DNA of 52,159 nucleotides from Thelocarpon superellum (Eukaryota): NCBI GenBank assembly GCA_026025795.1, contig JAPEUG010000084.1, positions 1 to 52,159 of the forward strand, read 5' to 3'. Shown piece by piece: positions 1 to 10,600 of this stretch (position 1 is its first letter; each line of letters starts with the position of its first letter). The notes under the pieces were generated by a model. It saw only the letters and a program-made list of their open reading frames with translations, ran no database searches and was not told where the DNA came from. The position numbers and the translations under genes were made by a program.

Positions 1-602
1 AACGTCTGTGAACAAGGATGATTCGCACATCTTCCTCTCAACCAGCTGCCCCATCCACCCGGCAGCTTCGACGTGGGTGAGAGCGAGTAGCCTGTGCCCA
101 TCGCTTCATCCTTGCACGAATCCGAGTAAGCATCTCGCACGATGGGCAGCGGCCTCCCGCCGCAGGAGCCGCAAGGTCTCGGCCCAATCCGGCTTCCCTT
201 GACAGGCAAGCCGCCAAGAACGATGTTGCTGGGGGATGGCAACCATGGTTAGACGGCAACGCCCGATGCCCCAGATGCCTCACGATATCTTACGCGGCAG
301 TGTTGGGAAACGAAGTCACGGCGTCACAAGGTGTAGGAGTGCCCCTCGATGATCCGTCACGGGATGGACATCCCTGGAGCGCCCCGCCATCCCATGTACT
401 CGTATATGCGCGGGGCGCTCCTCATCTCCGGATCGATGCTCCTCGCTTCCGATGCCAAGTCGAGTTCTGTCAAACCCGCCTCACCCGGAACACCTTTCCA
501 CAGGAACTCCAGATCCCGCACCCCACAAGCGGCCACTCACACGTCACAGGATAGGACGGAAAAGGCACAAGATGCACAGAGAAAGCAAGAGAAGGTACAG
601 GC

Positions 603-2009
603 TCAATGGACCAGCGTCGGATCCGACTGGAGGAGGAGCGGTCCAAGATAGCCCGGCGGCACGCTGAAGACGTGCATGTCCAGGCCATCCTCATTGTAGG
701 CTCCGCCCCAGCCGTCGTCGGTGTCGCAATCCACGTACTCGCAATCATCACTCACGCAGCGCTTGTCATAGGTGCACATCTTGAGCTGCGAGATGCACTG
801 CAGCTCAAATGTGCCCTGGTCCGTGTTCAGCCTGACCCCTTTGTTGTAGTCGCCGTCATCGTTGCACTGGCGTGCGCTGTTGAAGAGCTGGGGCATCGTC
901 GACCAGCCTTGATCGATAATGGTCCGCAGGTTGTCGTGCGGGTTGTCGCGGAAGCTCTTGTTGCTGACGAGCGAGTACGCATTGTTCTGCTGTTGGTCGT
1001 ACCACCACATGTTGCAGATGCCGTCGCCGTCGTAAGACGAGCAGTCGAGGTCGTACTGATGATTGCTGCCGTTGCTGGCCATCTGCTGGGGGTTGCTGTC
1101 CCTCGCCACCGTCCCGAACCAACCATTGCTCTGCAGGCACGTCGAGACCAGATACGTCGTCAGGGCCTGGTCGAGATTCGCCGTGCTCTTGTCGATGGCC
1201 GGCGCCGGATAGGCCGAGAAGGCGCCGAGCTCGGCCAGGCTCGTAAAGACAGTGATGTCGTACAAGCTGATGTTCAGCGCCGGCCCCAGCCGGCCTGAGA
1301 GGTATGTCTCGAGGTGGTCCAGCTGCGTCTTGAGGTTGCCAATCTCCACCCGCTGCGAGTCGACCGTCGTTGGCGGGAAGACGAACTTGAGCACGCCGGG
1401 GATGGTGGTGATGACGGTGCTGGCCACGCTGGCCACGTGCTGGATCGTCTTGGCCATGTCGCCAATGGCGATGCCGATCGCGCCCGGCGCGAAGTTGAGG
1501 ACGGCCAGCAGCGCCGTGAGCACGATGTTCAGGTCGACGTTGGCTTTGCTCACGGGGTTGAGTGTCTGCACGATCGCATCGATCTTACCCGACGCTTGCC
1601 CCGCCGCGGCCACCGCGGCCGCGTACCAGGTGTTGTAGAAGTTGTTGATCGCGTAGATGTTGTACAGCACGTAGAAGACCTCGGGCGTGGACTGGTCGAT
1701 GTGGTTGGTGATGTCGGACCCGCATGACTGGACATTGAGGTCGTAGCAGTCGGTGACGGGCATGCCATTGGCCCGGAGGAAGCAATGCGCGAATCCATCG
1801 CCCTCCCGGCAGGTGTGCGTCTTGAACCAGTCGTTGAGCCAGCTGGTCATATTCAGCGTCGTCCAGCACGACGCATCCGTCCCGGTCTTGGTGTTACGGC
1901 AATCGATCGGGGCCGTGGTACGCGTCTGCGGCCGCCAGGCTGCCGTGGGTGCTGCCCCTACCCCAGCCGACGCCGCCAGCAGCGCCAGCACAGCCACTGA
2001 TGCCCGCAT
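603..2009 (-). CDS. Intronless secreted cysteine-rich protein of unknown function (468 aa)
   Basis: First ATG at 2009 begins a typical signal peptide (MRASVAVLALLAASAGVGA). The frame is open to TGA at 605-603, with 15 Cys and strong C/G third-position bias. The ORF-track extension to 2207 starts at a TTG and is probably not coding. Confidence 0.85.
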   Translation of the reverse strand: MRASVAVLALLAASAGVGAAPTAAWRPQTRTTAPIDCRNTKTGTDASCWTTLNMTSWLNDWFKTHTCREGDGFAHCFLRANGMPVTDCYDLNVQSCGSDITNHIDQSTPEVFYVLYNIYAINNFYNTWYAAAVAAAGQASGKIDAIVQTLNPVSKANVDLNIVLTALLAVLNFAPGAIGIAIGDMAKTIQHVASVASTVITTIPGVLKFVFPPTTVDSQRVEIGNLKTQLDHLETYLSGRLGPALNISLYDITVFTSLAELGAFSAYPAPAIDKSTANLDQALTTYLVSTCLQSNGWFGTVARDSNPQQMASNGSNHQYDLDCSSYDGDGICNMWWYDQQQNNAYSLVSNKSFRDNPHDNLRTIIDQGWSTMPQLFNSARQCNDDGDYNKGVRLNTDQGTFELQCISQLKMCTYDKRCVSDDCEYVDCDTDDGWGGAYNEDGLDMHVFSVPPGYLGPLLLQSDPTLVH

Positions 2010-2803
2010 CGCCGCCGCAGAGACGATCGATGCCGACTGAGCTGGATCAGCGTCCGGGAAGGTCAAGTTTGCAGCAGCGCGAGACGGTCCGTCTCGCACG
2101 CCGACCGAGAGCTGACCATGCCCCAGGGGCAAGCTATATAGCACGCCATCATGGTGCGTCGTGGCCCACAAGAGGAAGAGGGAGCTCAGCCGAGTCGGCT
2201 CCGCCAAGCACGGCCGACGGATACCGCCCGTGGACAGAGGGCATCACAGGGCCTGGTCGAGAGGATCGAGAACATCGCACATGCTCGTTTGGTGTGTAAG
2301 TCCGGGCGGGGTGCCAAGCTTGACAGGCGTTGCAGATCCATCGAGCAGGTCAGCATCGTCGTCGACCATTCCGCGGAGAGCATCTCGGGTGACCTGCCGC
2401 AGGGATCTCCACGTGCTCGACGGAGCCTGAGCGATGTCGGCGTCCAGGGCCCCGCTCATCCATGGCTTGGCCGCGCAGCGTGATTGGCCTACGGGACGAT
2501 GGAGGACGATGTTTCAACAGCTGGTCCAGCTGCTGGTCCAGCTGCTGGTCGTGGTCTGGCGCGGCCAGTGGGGCTAGGGCAGGGCACGGAGGAGCGCCAC
2601 CCGTTATCCGGTTGTCGGGCGGAGGGTGGTCCTTCGTGCGAAATACTTCGTACCTTGCATCGTCCCTAGCTTGCTCTCACATGGCCGTGCCCGGGCACGG
2701 CTAAGCTGACCTACCAACCGACCCCGAACCGACGACGAACAGACCTCTCTGCGGGCTGCCCCGATGGTCAGGGCGTCCTCCCTACACGTAAACCGTCGTG
2801 GTG

Positions 2804-2839
2804 ACGGTGCACACGGTGCACACGGTGCATACGGTGCAT
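2804..2839. repeat. 9-bp tandem repeat (ACGGTGCAY) x4 in divergent promoter
   Basis: acggtgcac acggtgcac acggtgcat acggtgcat read directly. Confidence 0.9.
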
Positions 2840-3794
2840 GCCTCCACTTGCTGAAGAAGGATGATGGGAGTCGACCTGGCCGTCAGCTACGATAACAGTG
2901 AGCTACGGATCCGTCTACGTTGCTCTTGTGCCCGAATGGCAGGCGTCCATGAGACATCCAAAGCCTTGGCATCGAACCGCCTGTGGTTGGAGCCGTCTGA
3001 CCGTGAGACCGTGAGACCGAAGACTTGTGCAGGCCACGATCCTACTGCATTGGGATGAGCCTCTCACCTTTCAAGTGACCAGCCTCTCTGTGCCCTCGCA
3101 CGACGAAGCGTGCCACAGGCGGAGCTGCCGGGTCCAAGCTTTGGCACGTGTCAGCTGACAGGTCGAAACCTGTTGGTGCCAGTCGGTGCCGGTAAATTTG
3201 TGGTCAGAAACTGGCTCAACATGTCCTATCGTAGGAGGGCACAGGGCACAGGGCATGGTGCGGCCTCGGGTAAGCACGAAGCTTCTGGCAATGCCGTCTA
3301 TCGCGGACCCGGGCCGGTCGTCTCACGACGAGGATTTGGTGGTATCTACATGTCATCCTTGTGGTGCTCGTCGGTCTATCTGTGCACGAATCAACACAAA
3401 CCACGCGCCTTCAACAGTCTCCGATTCTGCTGGAATGTGTAGAGCTCCATGGGTGGGGTAAGAATATGACAGTTATGGACATGAACATGACTGACTTGTG
3501 GCTGCTAGCGGAGTGGCAAGCGACCCCCTGGCCGACGAACCAGCGTCTCCATAGGATATCTTCTACTCGTAGATCGCTTCATCCGAACGCGCAGCTGTTC
3601 ACGCTCGCGTCCCAGTCCGCCCCCCGCCCCACTTCAACATGAAAGCAACTGTGCCCAACCTCCCGAGTGGACTCAATCCTTCCAAGAGGGCAGGGTATAG
3701 GATAGACATGTCCACCACATGAGCCATGACCTGTCTCGGGCAGTAGGTGGCTGTTTGCGGCGAGACTGATAGAGATCCCTAGCTCCCATGAAGA

Positions 3795-5825
3795 ATGCGA
3801 AGCATACTTCAACTTCTCAAGCACCCGAAGCCCCCCCAGATCTGTTCGGCGAGACTCGATCCCACCCTGGGGCCAGAGCCAAGGACCCTGAACCGCCTCG
3901 TACTTGTGCGACACCTCCACGTAGCCAAGGATGAAGCGGCGGACGCCTCAATCGATCCGGGCTCGACTCGCCTGCGGCTACGCCGATACCAAGAAGATTG
4001 CATCCAGTCCGTCCTTTCCCATCTACGCCAGGGACATCGGCGCCTCGGTGTCTCGCTCGCGACGGGCAGCGGAAAGACGGTCATCTTCACGCAGCTCATC
4101 GACCGCATCACCCCGCCGCGCCATGACGCCCTTCAAAGCCTCATCCTCGTGCATCGGCGCGAGTTGGTCGAACAGGCCTTCCGCCACTGCCGTGATGCCT
4201 ACCCCACCAAGACCATCGAGATCGAGATGGGTACGCAGCATGCCTCAGGCCAGGCTGAGATCACCGTGGCCTCGGTGCAGAGCATCGGCTCGGGCGATCG
4301 CATGGCCAAATTCGACCCGGCCCGGTTCAAGTTGGTGCTGGTGGATGAGGCCCACCACATCGTCGCCCCCGGCTACATGAAGGCGCTCAAGCATTTCGGC
4401 CTCCTGGATCCGAGCGGCGCCGGGCCGGGACCGGCGCTCGTCGGGGTATCGGCGACGCTGTCCCGGTTCGATGGCCTGCGACTGGGTGCCGCGATTGACC
4501 ACATCGTCTACCACAAAGACTATGTCGATATGATCCACGAGAAGTGGCTGTCCGACGTCATCTTCACCACCGTCCGATCGCACGTCGACCTGTCCCACGT
4601 GCGCAAGGGCGCGCATGGCGACTTTCAGCCCGGCGACCTGTCACGCGCCGTCAACACGGCGCAGACCAATGAGCTCACCGTGCGGGCCTGGCTCGCTCGA
4701 GCGGGCGAGCGTCGGTCGACTATGGTCTTCTGCGTGGATGTGGCCCACGTACGTGCCTTGACCGACGAATTCCGTCGGCATGGGATCGACGCGCGATACG
4801 TCACGGGTCGCACGGCCAAAGACGAGCGTGCCCAGCGACTAGACGATTTCCGCGCTGGCACCTATCCCGTGCTGCTGAACTGCGGCGTCTTCACCGAAGG
4901 CACGGACATCCCCAACATCGACTGCGTCGTCCTGGCCCGGCCGACCAAGTCTCGCAACCTCTTGGTGCAGATGATCGGCCGGGGAATGCGTCTCCACCCG
5001 GGTAAGAAGAACTGCCACGTCCTCGATCTGGTGGCCTCTTTGACCGCCGGTATCGTCACAATACCAACGCTCTTCGGACTGGACCCGTCAGAGCTGGTGG
5101 AGCAAGCCGATGTCCCGACGATGATGCAACTCGAGAAGCGGCGCGCGGCGAACACGTCGTCGCCCGCACCGACGACGCTACCGTCGTCTCGCACGGAGGA
5201 TCGGGTGGTGCCGCGGACGATCACGATGACCGATTACGATTCCGTGGTGGATCTGATCGAAGACACGTCGGGCGACCGGCATATCCGTACGCTTAGCGCC
5301 CTGGCGTGGGTGCAGGTGGGACCGGACAAGTCCATCTTGAACCTGCAGAGCGGGGACTACATCACCATTGCACGCTCCGACGCCGCGCTCTACGAGGTCC
5401 GTCTGACGAGGAAGCTCTGCGGCGCCGCGGCCGGACGAGGCACCAAGAGCCCGTACATGAAGCCCCGCGTGCTGGCGCAGGCCAACACCTTCGCCGACGC
5501 CGTGCATGCCGCGGATACCTACGCCCAGGAGCGTCTGCCGTGGCATCTGATTGCCAATGATCGGGCGTGGCGCAAGGCGCCCGCGTCCAAGGAGCAGGTG
5601 GCCTTCTTGAACCGTCTCCGACCGCACGACGACGCCTTGACGCCCGACCGGATCTCCAAAGGTCGGGCCGGAGACATGATCACCAAGATCAAGCATGGGG
5701 CACGGGGTCAATTCGAGAAGATGGCGGCGGACCGGAAGCGGCAGCAGCGGCAGGTCTCACGCATGGCGCAAGATCAGGCCATGACACGGCGTGAGGAGGT
5801 CCAAGTCGGGCCCGTCCCGGATTGA
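3795..5825 (+). CDS. IRC3: Mitochondrial superfamily II DExH-box DNA helicase Irc3
   Basis: Intronless 676-aa ORF with LRRYQ (Q motif), ATGSGKT (I), DEAHH (II), SAT (III), EGTDIPNIDCV (V) and QMIGRGMR (VI). It has a basic N-terminal presequence and an Irc3-like C-terminus (WRKAPASKEQ...ITKIKHG). Confidence 0.9.
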   Translation: MRSILQLLKHPKPPQICSARLDPTLGPEPRTLNRLVLVRHLHVAKDEAADASIDPGSTRLRLRRYQEDCIQSVLSHLRQGHRRLGVSLATGSGKTVIFTQLIDRITPPRHDALQSLILVHRRELVEQAFRHCRDAYPTKTIEIEMGTQHASGQAEITVASVQSIGSGDRMAKFDPARFKLVLVDEAHHIVAPGYMKALKHFGLLDPSGAGPGPALVGVSATLSRFDGLRLGAAIDHIVYHKDYVDMIHEKWLSDVIFTTVRSHVDLSHVRKGAHGDFQPGDLSRAVNTAQTNELTVRAWLARAGERRSTMVFCVDVAHVRALTDEFRRHGIDARYVTGRTAKDERAQRLDDFRAGTYPVLLNCGVFTEGTDIPNIDCVVLARPTKSRNLLVQMIGRGMRLHPGKKNCHVLDLVASLTAGIVTIPTLFGLDPSELVEQADVPTMMQLEKRRAANTSSPAPTTLPSSRTEDRVVPRTITMTDYDSVVDLIEDTSGDRHIRTLSALAWVQVGPDKSILNLQSGDYITIARSDAALYEVRLTRKLCGAAAGRGTKSPYMKPRVLAQANTFADAVHAADTYAQERLPWHLIANDRAWRKAPASKEQVAFLNRLRPHDDALTPDRISKGRAGDMITKIKHGARGQFEKMAADRKRQQRQVSRMAQDQAMTRREEVQVGPVPD

Positions 5826-6094
5826 GCTGTCATGATTGTATCCATCTGTGCCCTTCGCCCGCGCCCTCTCCCATACTGCTGCATCAACCATGCGACCTCG
5901 GAGCAACTGCGTAGTCTTACGAGACAGAGTATCCACCATGGCGCCATCGGCCTTCATACGTCATTCCCATGAAGAGTTCGGGTGGGCATGTTTCACGCGG
6001 TGCGTGCCAAGGCTGCCCGTGCTGTGGGGGAGCCCCTGTACTACGGCGGGCCGTGGAAGCATGAGGAGTGAGACTGTACACTGTACTAGTAGTA

Positions 6095-6296
6095 CTCCTA
6101 CTAGGCACTACCTAGTAGGGGAACACCGTCCGGAGTAGGGAGTGCCTTTGTCGTAGGCGTACCACGCCGGCAAAGGCAGGGCCTGTACGGAGGACGAGTA
6201 CTCCTGCTCGTACGCCTCCGACGACAGGTGGTGTCATTGGCTCAACGGCCCGCAACCGCGCTACGGCGACGGGGCGTTGGTGGCAATTCGACGCCA
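6095..6296 (+). other. Cluster of four consecutive stem-loops (candidate structured RNA or DNA element)
   Basis: Inverted repeats read by eye at 6095-6121, 6143-6178, 6182-6228 and 6229-6296. Several mismatches are G-U compatible on the + strand. Confidence 0.4.
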
Positions 6297-7095
6297 TGCG
6301 CGGGCCACCGGGTAAATGAGCGGCGGCGCTTCAGCCAAAACTGCCAAGTCCCTCATCTGACGCGATCGCGTACACGTACTGCTCACAGGAGGAACCCTGA
6401 CCTCGACCGGAGGAAGGGTGTGGAGGGCGCGATTGATGTGATCTGTGACCAGCCACCGCGATTTTGAGATCGAATCCGGGGGCATGTGCGCCGCCATCCA
6501 ATCTCCATCGCGTCGCCGACGTGACAGGCGCTCCAACTCCCAGCTCGGAAGCGCTCGTTTAGCTTTCCCGACCGATGGCGTCGGGGGCGTCGAGGGGGAT
6601 GGTGCGCGCGAGCGATCGCCTACCTGTCACGCTGTCGTGGGCGCGGAGCATTCCGTTCCCCCCCGCGATGCATCTCTTCACGTCGTCTCGCCGTGCCAGG
6701 GCGCGGTCGGTCTTGGCATCCATGCTGCACTCGGATCGGAGCTGGATGGTTTTCACCTATCGTATCCTCGCCACGACGATCGCCCGGCCGAACCTTGCAC
6801 CGCGCCGACCCCCTCTCTCAACCATCTTCCTCATGCGCCCATGTTCCCGACTCGACGTGGTCGCGTCATCGTCGCTGCACCAGTCCGAGTACCCGTCCGT
6901 AGGGGACGGTCGCCGGTCGCAGATCAACCTGTGGTCGTAGCCCCCAACCTGCACAACAGCTAACAAACATACTAGCGAGCGAGCTTCTGTACCACACCTT
7001 ACGGCTCACACGTCCAGAGTAGCTGGTTGTCGGCATCTACGCGCACGTTCTCATAGCCATTGCTCGTGACCGCGCCGACGCGCTCCGAGACCATC

Positions 7096-7131
7096 TCGGG
7101 AGCATGGTCGGGAGCATGGTCGGGAGCATGG
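7096..7131. repeat. 12-bp perfect tandem repeat (TCGGGAGCATGG) x3
   Basis: Read directly, upstream of BST1. Confidence 0.9.
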
Positions 7132-7617
7132 CCTCAGCAGGCATCATCACCTCATGGAATTCCGGGGCATGTGGGTGCGTCGTCGGGTGCTAGCAGGGTC
7201 GCGGGTGGCCGTGTTGCAGTCTCCCCTACCGTCGGGTCTCGTTCCGTTCCTCGCTGCGTGTTGCTTATTGCTCGTCTCTAGCTGTCGTGCTCCTTGCTGC
7301 GCGCATGTTGGTCGCTCGCTTGTCGCGGAGAGAGTTGGGGACTTTGCGCACTCGTAGCTTCTACCTGGTCGGGGGCTCCACCAGTCTCTCTGCGCGAGTA
7401 CTCGGTACTGCGCCCGATCGTAGCCGAGACCGGCCTGGCACACGGACGGGGCACGTCGGAGTAGTCAGCTCCCTATCCTCCAGCCCGAAGCAGCCCATCT
7501 CGTCGAGCGTGCACGCCTCCAGCGGCCGTCTGTCCTCTCCGCCGACGTCGAGCGACAATCAAGCCGTGCGGCCGCGACGGCAGTGCGCGTGTCGTGACCC
7601 GCCATTGACCACCATCA

Positions 7618-10600
7618 ATGCGGAGGCAGCCGCCCAGCCTCATCACGCACGACGGCGACGACGACGACCACGACGACGAAGGCGACCCCCATCACCACCA
7701 CCGTCCCTCCGCCGAGCACGAGCACTCGGCCATCGCAGCCTTTGCGGCCCATGGGGACGGCCAACGTCCACGACAGCCTCCCGTGCGCGCCCCGCCGCCC
7801 TCGCGCGGCCCTCAATTGGCTCCGATCCCCCCGGCGACGGGCGTGCGGACGGACTCGACGACGAATGGATCGAGCGTGTCACCGGCCCTTGAAATAGTGC
7901 CCCGGCCTCCACCGTCGCCACCACCACCACCGCTCAAGGACATGGCCGACCCACGGGCGCGCCGGCGATGGCGATGGCGCAGCCCGTGGTTCTCGTCCCC
8001 CTTGACCCTGCTCGTCACCGCCCTCGCCTCCCTCCTGCTCGTGCTCATCCTGCACGCCTTTGCCACGCGCCAGATCGACGTCAAAGGCTGCCGCATGTCC
8101 TACATGCGCCCGGCCTTTGCCAAGCTGGCTGGCTTCGACACGGAGCACACCCGCTTCGCCAGCAAATACTCCCTCTACCTGTACCGTGAGGGCATGATCG
8201 ACGAGGACCCCGAGGTCAAGGGCGTGCCCGTGCTCTTCATCCCCGGCAACGCTGGCAGCTACAAGCAGGTCCGGCCCATCGCCGCCGAGGCGGCCCAGTA
8301 CTTCCACGACGTCGTCCAGCATGACGCCAGCGCCCTCCGCGCCGGCACACGCAGCCTGGACTTCTTCACCGTCGACTTCAACGAGGACATCACCGCCTTC
8401 CACGGCCAGACCCTGCTCGACCAGGCCGAGTACCTGAACGAGGCTGTGGCCTACATCCTGTCCCTCTACCACGACCCGCGCCGCGCCTCGCGCAACCCCG
8501 ATCTGCCCGACCCCAGCGCCGTCATCTTGCTGGGCCACTCCATGGGCGGCATCGTCGCCCGCACCATGCTGACCATGCCCAACTACCAGTCCAACTCCAT
8601 CAACACCATCATCACCATGTCAGCCCCCCACGCCCGCCCGCCCGTCTCCTTTGACGCGGACATCGTGCGCACGTACAAGCAGATCAACGACTACTGGCGC
8701 AGCGCCTACGCTGAGCGCTGGGCCAACAACAATCCCCTCTGGCACGTCACCCTCATCTCCATCGCCGGCGGCGGCTTGGATACCGTCGTGCCGTCCGACT
8801 ACGCCAGCATCTCGTCTCTGGTGCCCGACACCAACGGCTTCACCGTCTTCACCTCCTCGGTGCCGACGGTGTGGTCCGGGATGGACCACCAGTCGATCCT
8901 CTGGTGCGACCAGTTCCGCAAGGTCATCGTGCGCTCCTTGCTCGACGTCGTCGACGTGAAACGTCCGAGTCAGACCAAGCCGCGGGCCGACCGCATGCAC
9001 ATCTTCCGCAAGTTCTATCTGACCGGGATGGAGAGCGCGGAGAAGGCGTTGCCCCTGCGGGAGCCCAGCACGCTCTTGACGCTCGAGGACAACTCCAACT
9101 CCATCATCTCCCAGGGCAAGCGCTTCACCCTGCGCAGCTTCGGCCGGTCCAAGAAGCCGCAGGCTCACCTGCTGCCGGTGCCCCCGCGTGGCACCCCCGG
9201 CGGCGAGCAATTCACTCTGTTGACCGACCAGCGACTGGACCTCCCGGGCGAGAGCGGGAAGCTCGAGGTGCTCTTGTGCAGCGTCTTCCCCTTGCACAAC
9301 GGGCAGACGGCCTCGCTCTTCTCCCTGAACATGGATCTGTCGGGCGACGGATCCGGCTCGACCCGGCTGGCGTGCAAGAACGCGGCCGTCGACGTCATCG
9401 CCCTGCCGGCGTCGACGCGGCTGTCCAAGTACCCCTTCGAAGAGAAGACGCCCTTCTCGTACCTGCAGTACGACGTGCAGGACATTGCCGAGCATCAATT
9501 CGTCGCCATCGTGGACAAGGCGGTCGAGGCCACGCCCGGCTGGGTCATCGCCGAGTTCAGTGACAATGCCGACTCCGTCATCCAGACCGGGGCGGGGTTG
9601 ACGCGCTTGCTCACGACCGGCCTGCATCTGAAGTTGCCAGCTACCCGACCGATGGTGACGGACGTGAAGATCCCGGCCTTGTATTCGAGCGTGCTGGCAT
9701 ACCAGCTCCGCCTCAGCAGCCAGGCGTGCGGCGACGAAGACGTCCTCTTCACCCCGCTCCTCCGCCAGTACCTCTCCGACCCATACGAGTCCAAGTACTT
9801 TGTCAACGTTCGACAGGCCAACATCAATCTGCATGGAATTGCCCCTTTCATGCCACCCCCTATGCGGGCACGGTCCGTCACGAGCGGCGTGTCGCTCCAG
9901 ATCTGGTCCGACCCGACCTGTAACACGTCGATCGATCTGTCGCTCCAGGTGGATGTCATGGGTAGTCTGGGGAAACTGGTGATGCGCTATCGTACCGTCT
10001 TCGCCGCCTTTCCCCTCATGATCGTGGCTCTCGTCTTGCGGAAGCAGTTTCAGGTGTACGATGACACAGGTACGCGTGAGGCTCTTCTTGACGCGGATGG
10101 ACCCTGACTTTAGTAGGCATCTTCATCAGCTTCTCCGAGAGCATGGATCTCTGTCTCCGTCGGTCGCTTCCCATGGCGCTCCTGGCCTTGTCCTGCCTGG
10201 CCGTGTCGCTCGCCCGCGCCCACGCGGAGCCTCCCACAGCTGAGGGCCGGTGGCAGTGGCGGCGGAATGCGACGGAGTCGGCCATGGACTTCACCAAGAA
10301 CGACCTCCTGTTGGGCTCCCAGGACTCCTTCTTCTGCTTCTTGGTCCCGCTCTTTGGTGTGATCAGCGTCGCCGTGTGCGTGTTGGTCAACTATGCCGCC
10401 TTGGCACTTCTGCACGTCACCTCGATCATCTATGGCGCCGTCAAGTCTCGACCGGGATGGTTGAGAAATGAAGATCGACGGTATGGCTCCACGAACGCTC
10501 CCAAGACGTGACCACTGATGTGTGATGAGGCGCAGAAGGGTCACGACACCCACCTTTGCGACCACATCCCCCCGCCGACGCCTCATCACCACGAGCATCC

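Noticed and set aside
2010..2207. 66-codon in-frame N-terminal extension of the secreted protein
   Set aside because: It begins at TTG, and the ATG at 2009 is followed immediately by a canonical signal peptide.
6445..7600. Several 70-200 aa ORFs between IRC3 and BST1
   Set aside because: They show no codon bias, motifs or coherent splice structure, and are best read as promoter/5'UTR sequence.
8620..9834. Long antisense or alternate-frame ORFs (404 aa here; also 606-1298, 13407-14276, 36810-37787, 44079-44840, 46586-47497)
   Set aside because: They shadow real genes. High GC and GC3 bias remove stops from other frames, and the translations are Arg/Ala/Gly-rich with no motifs.
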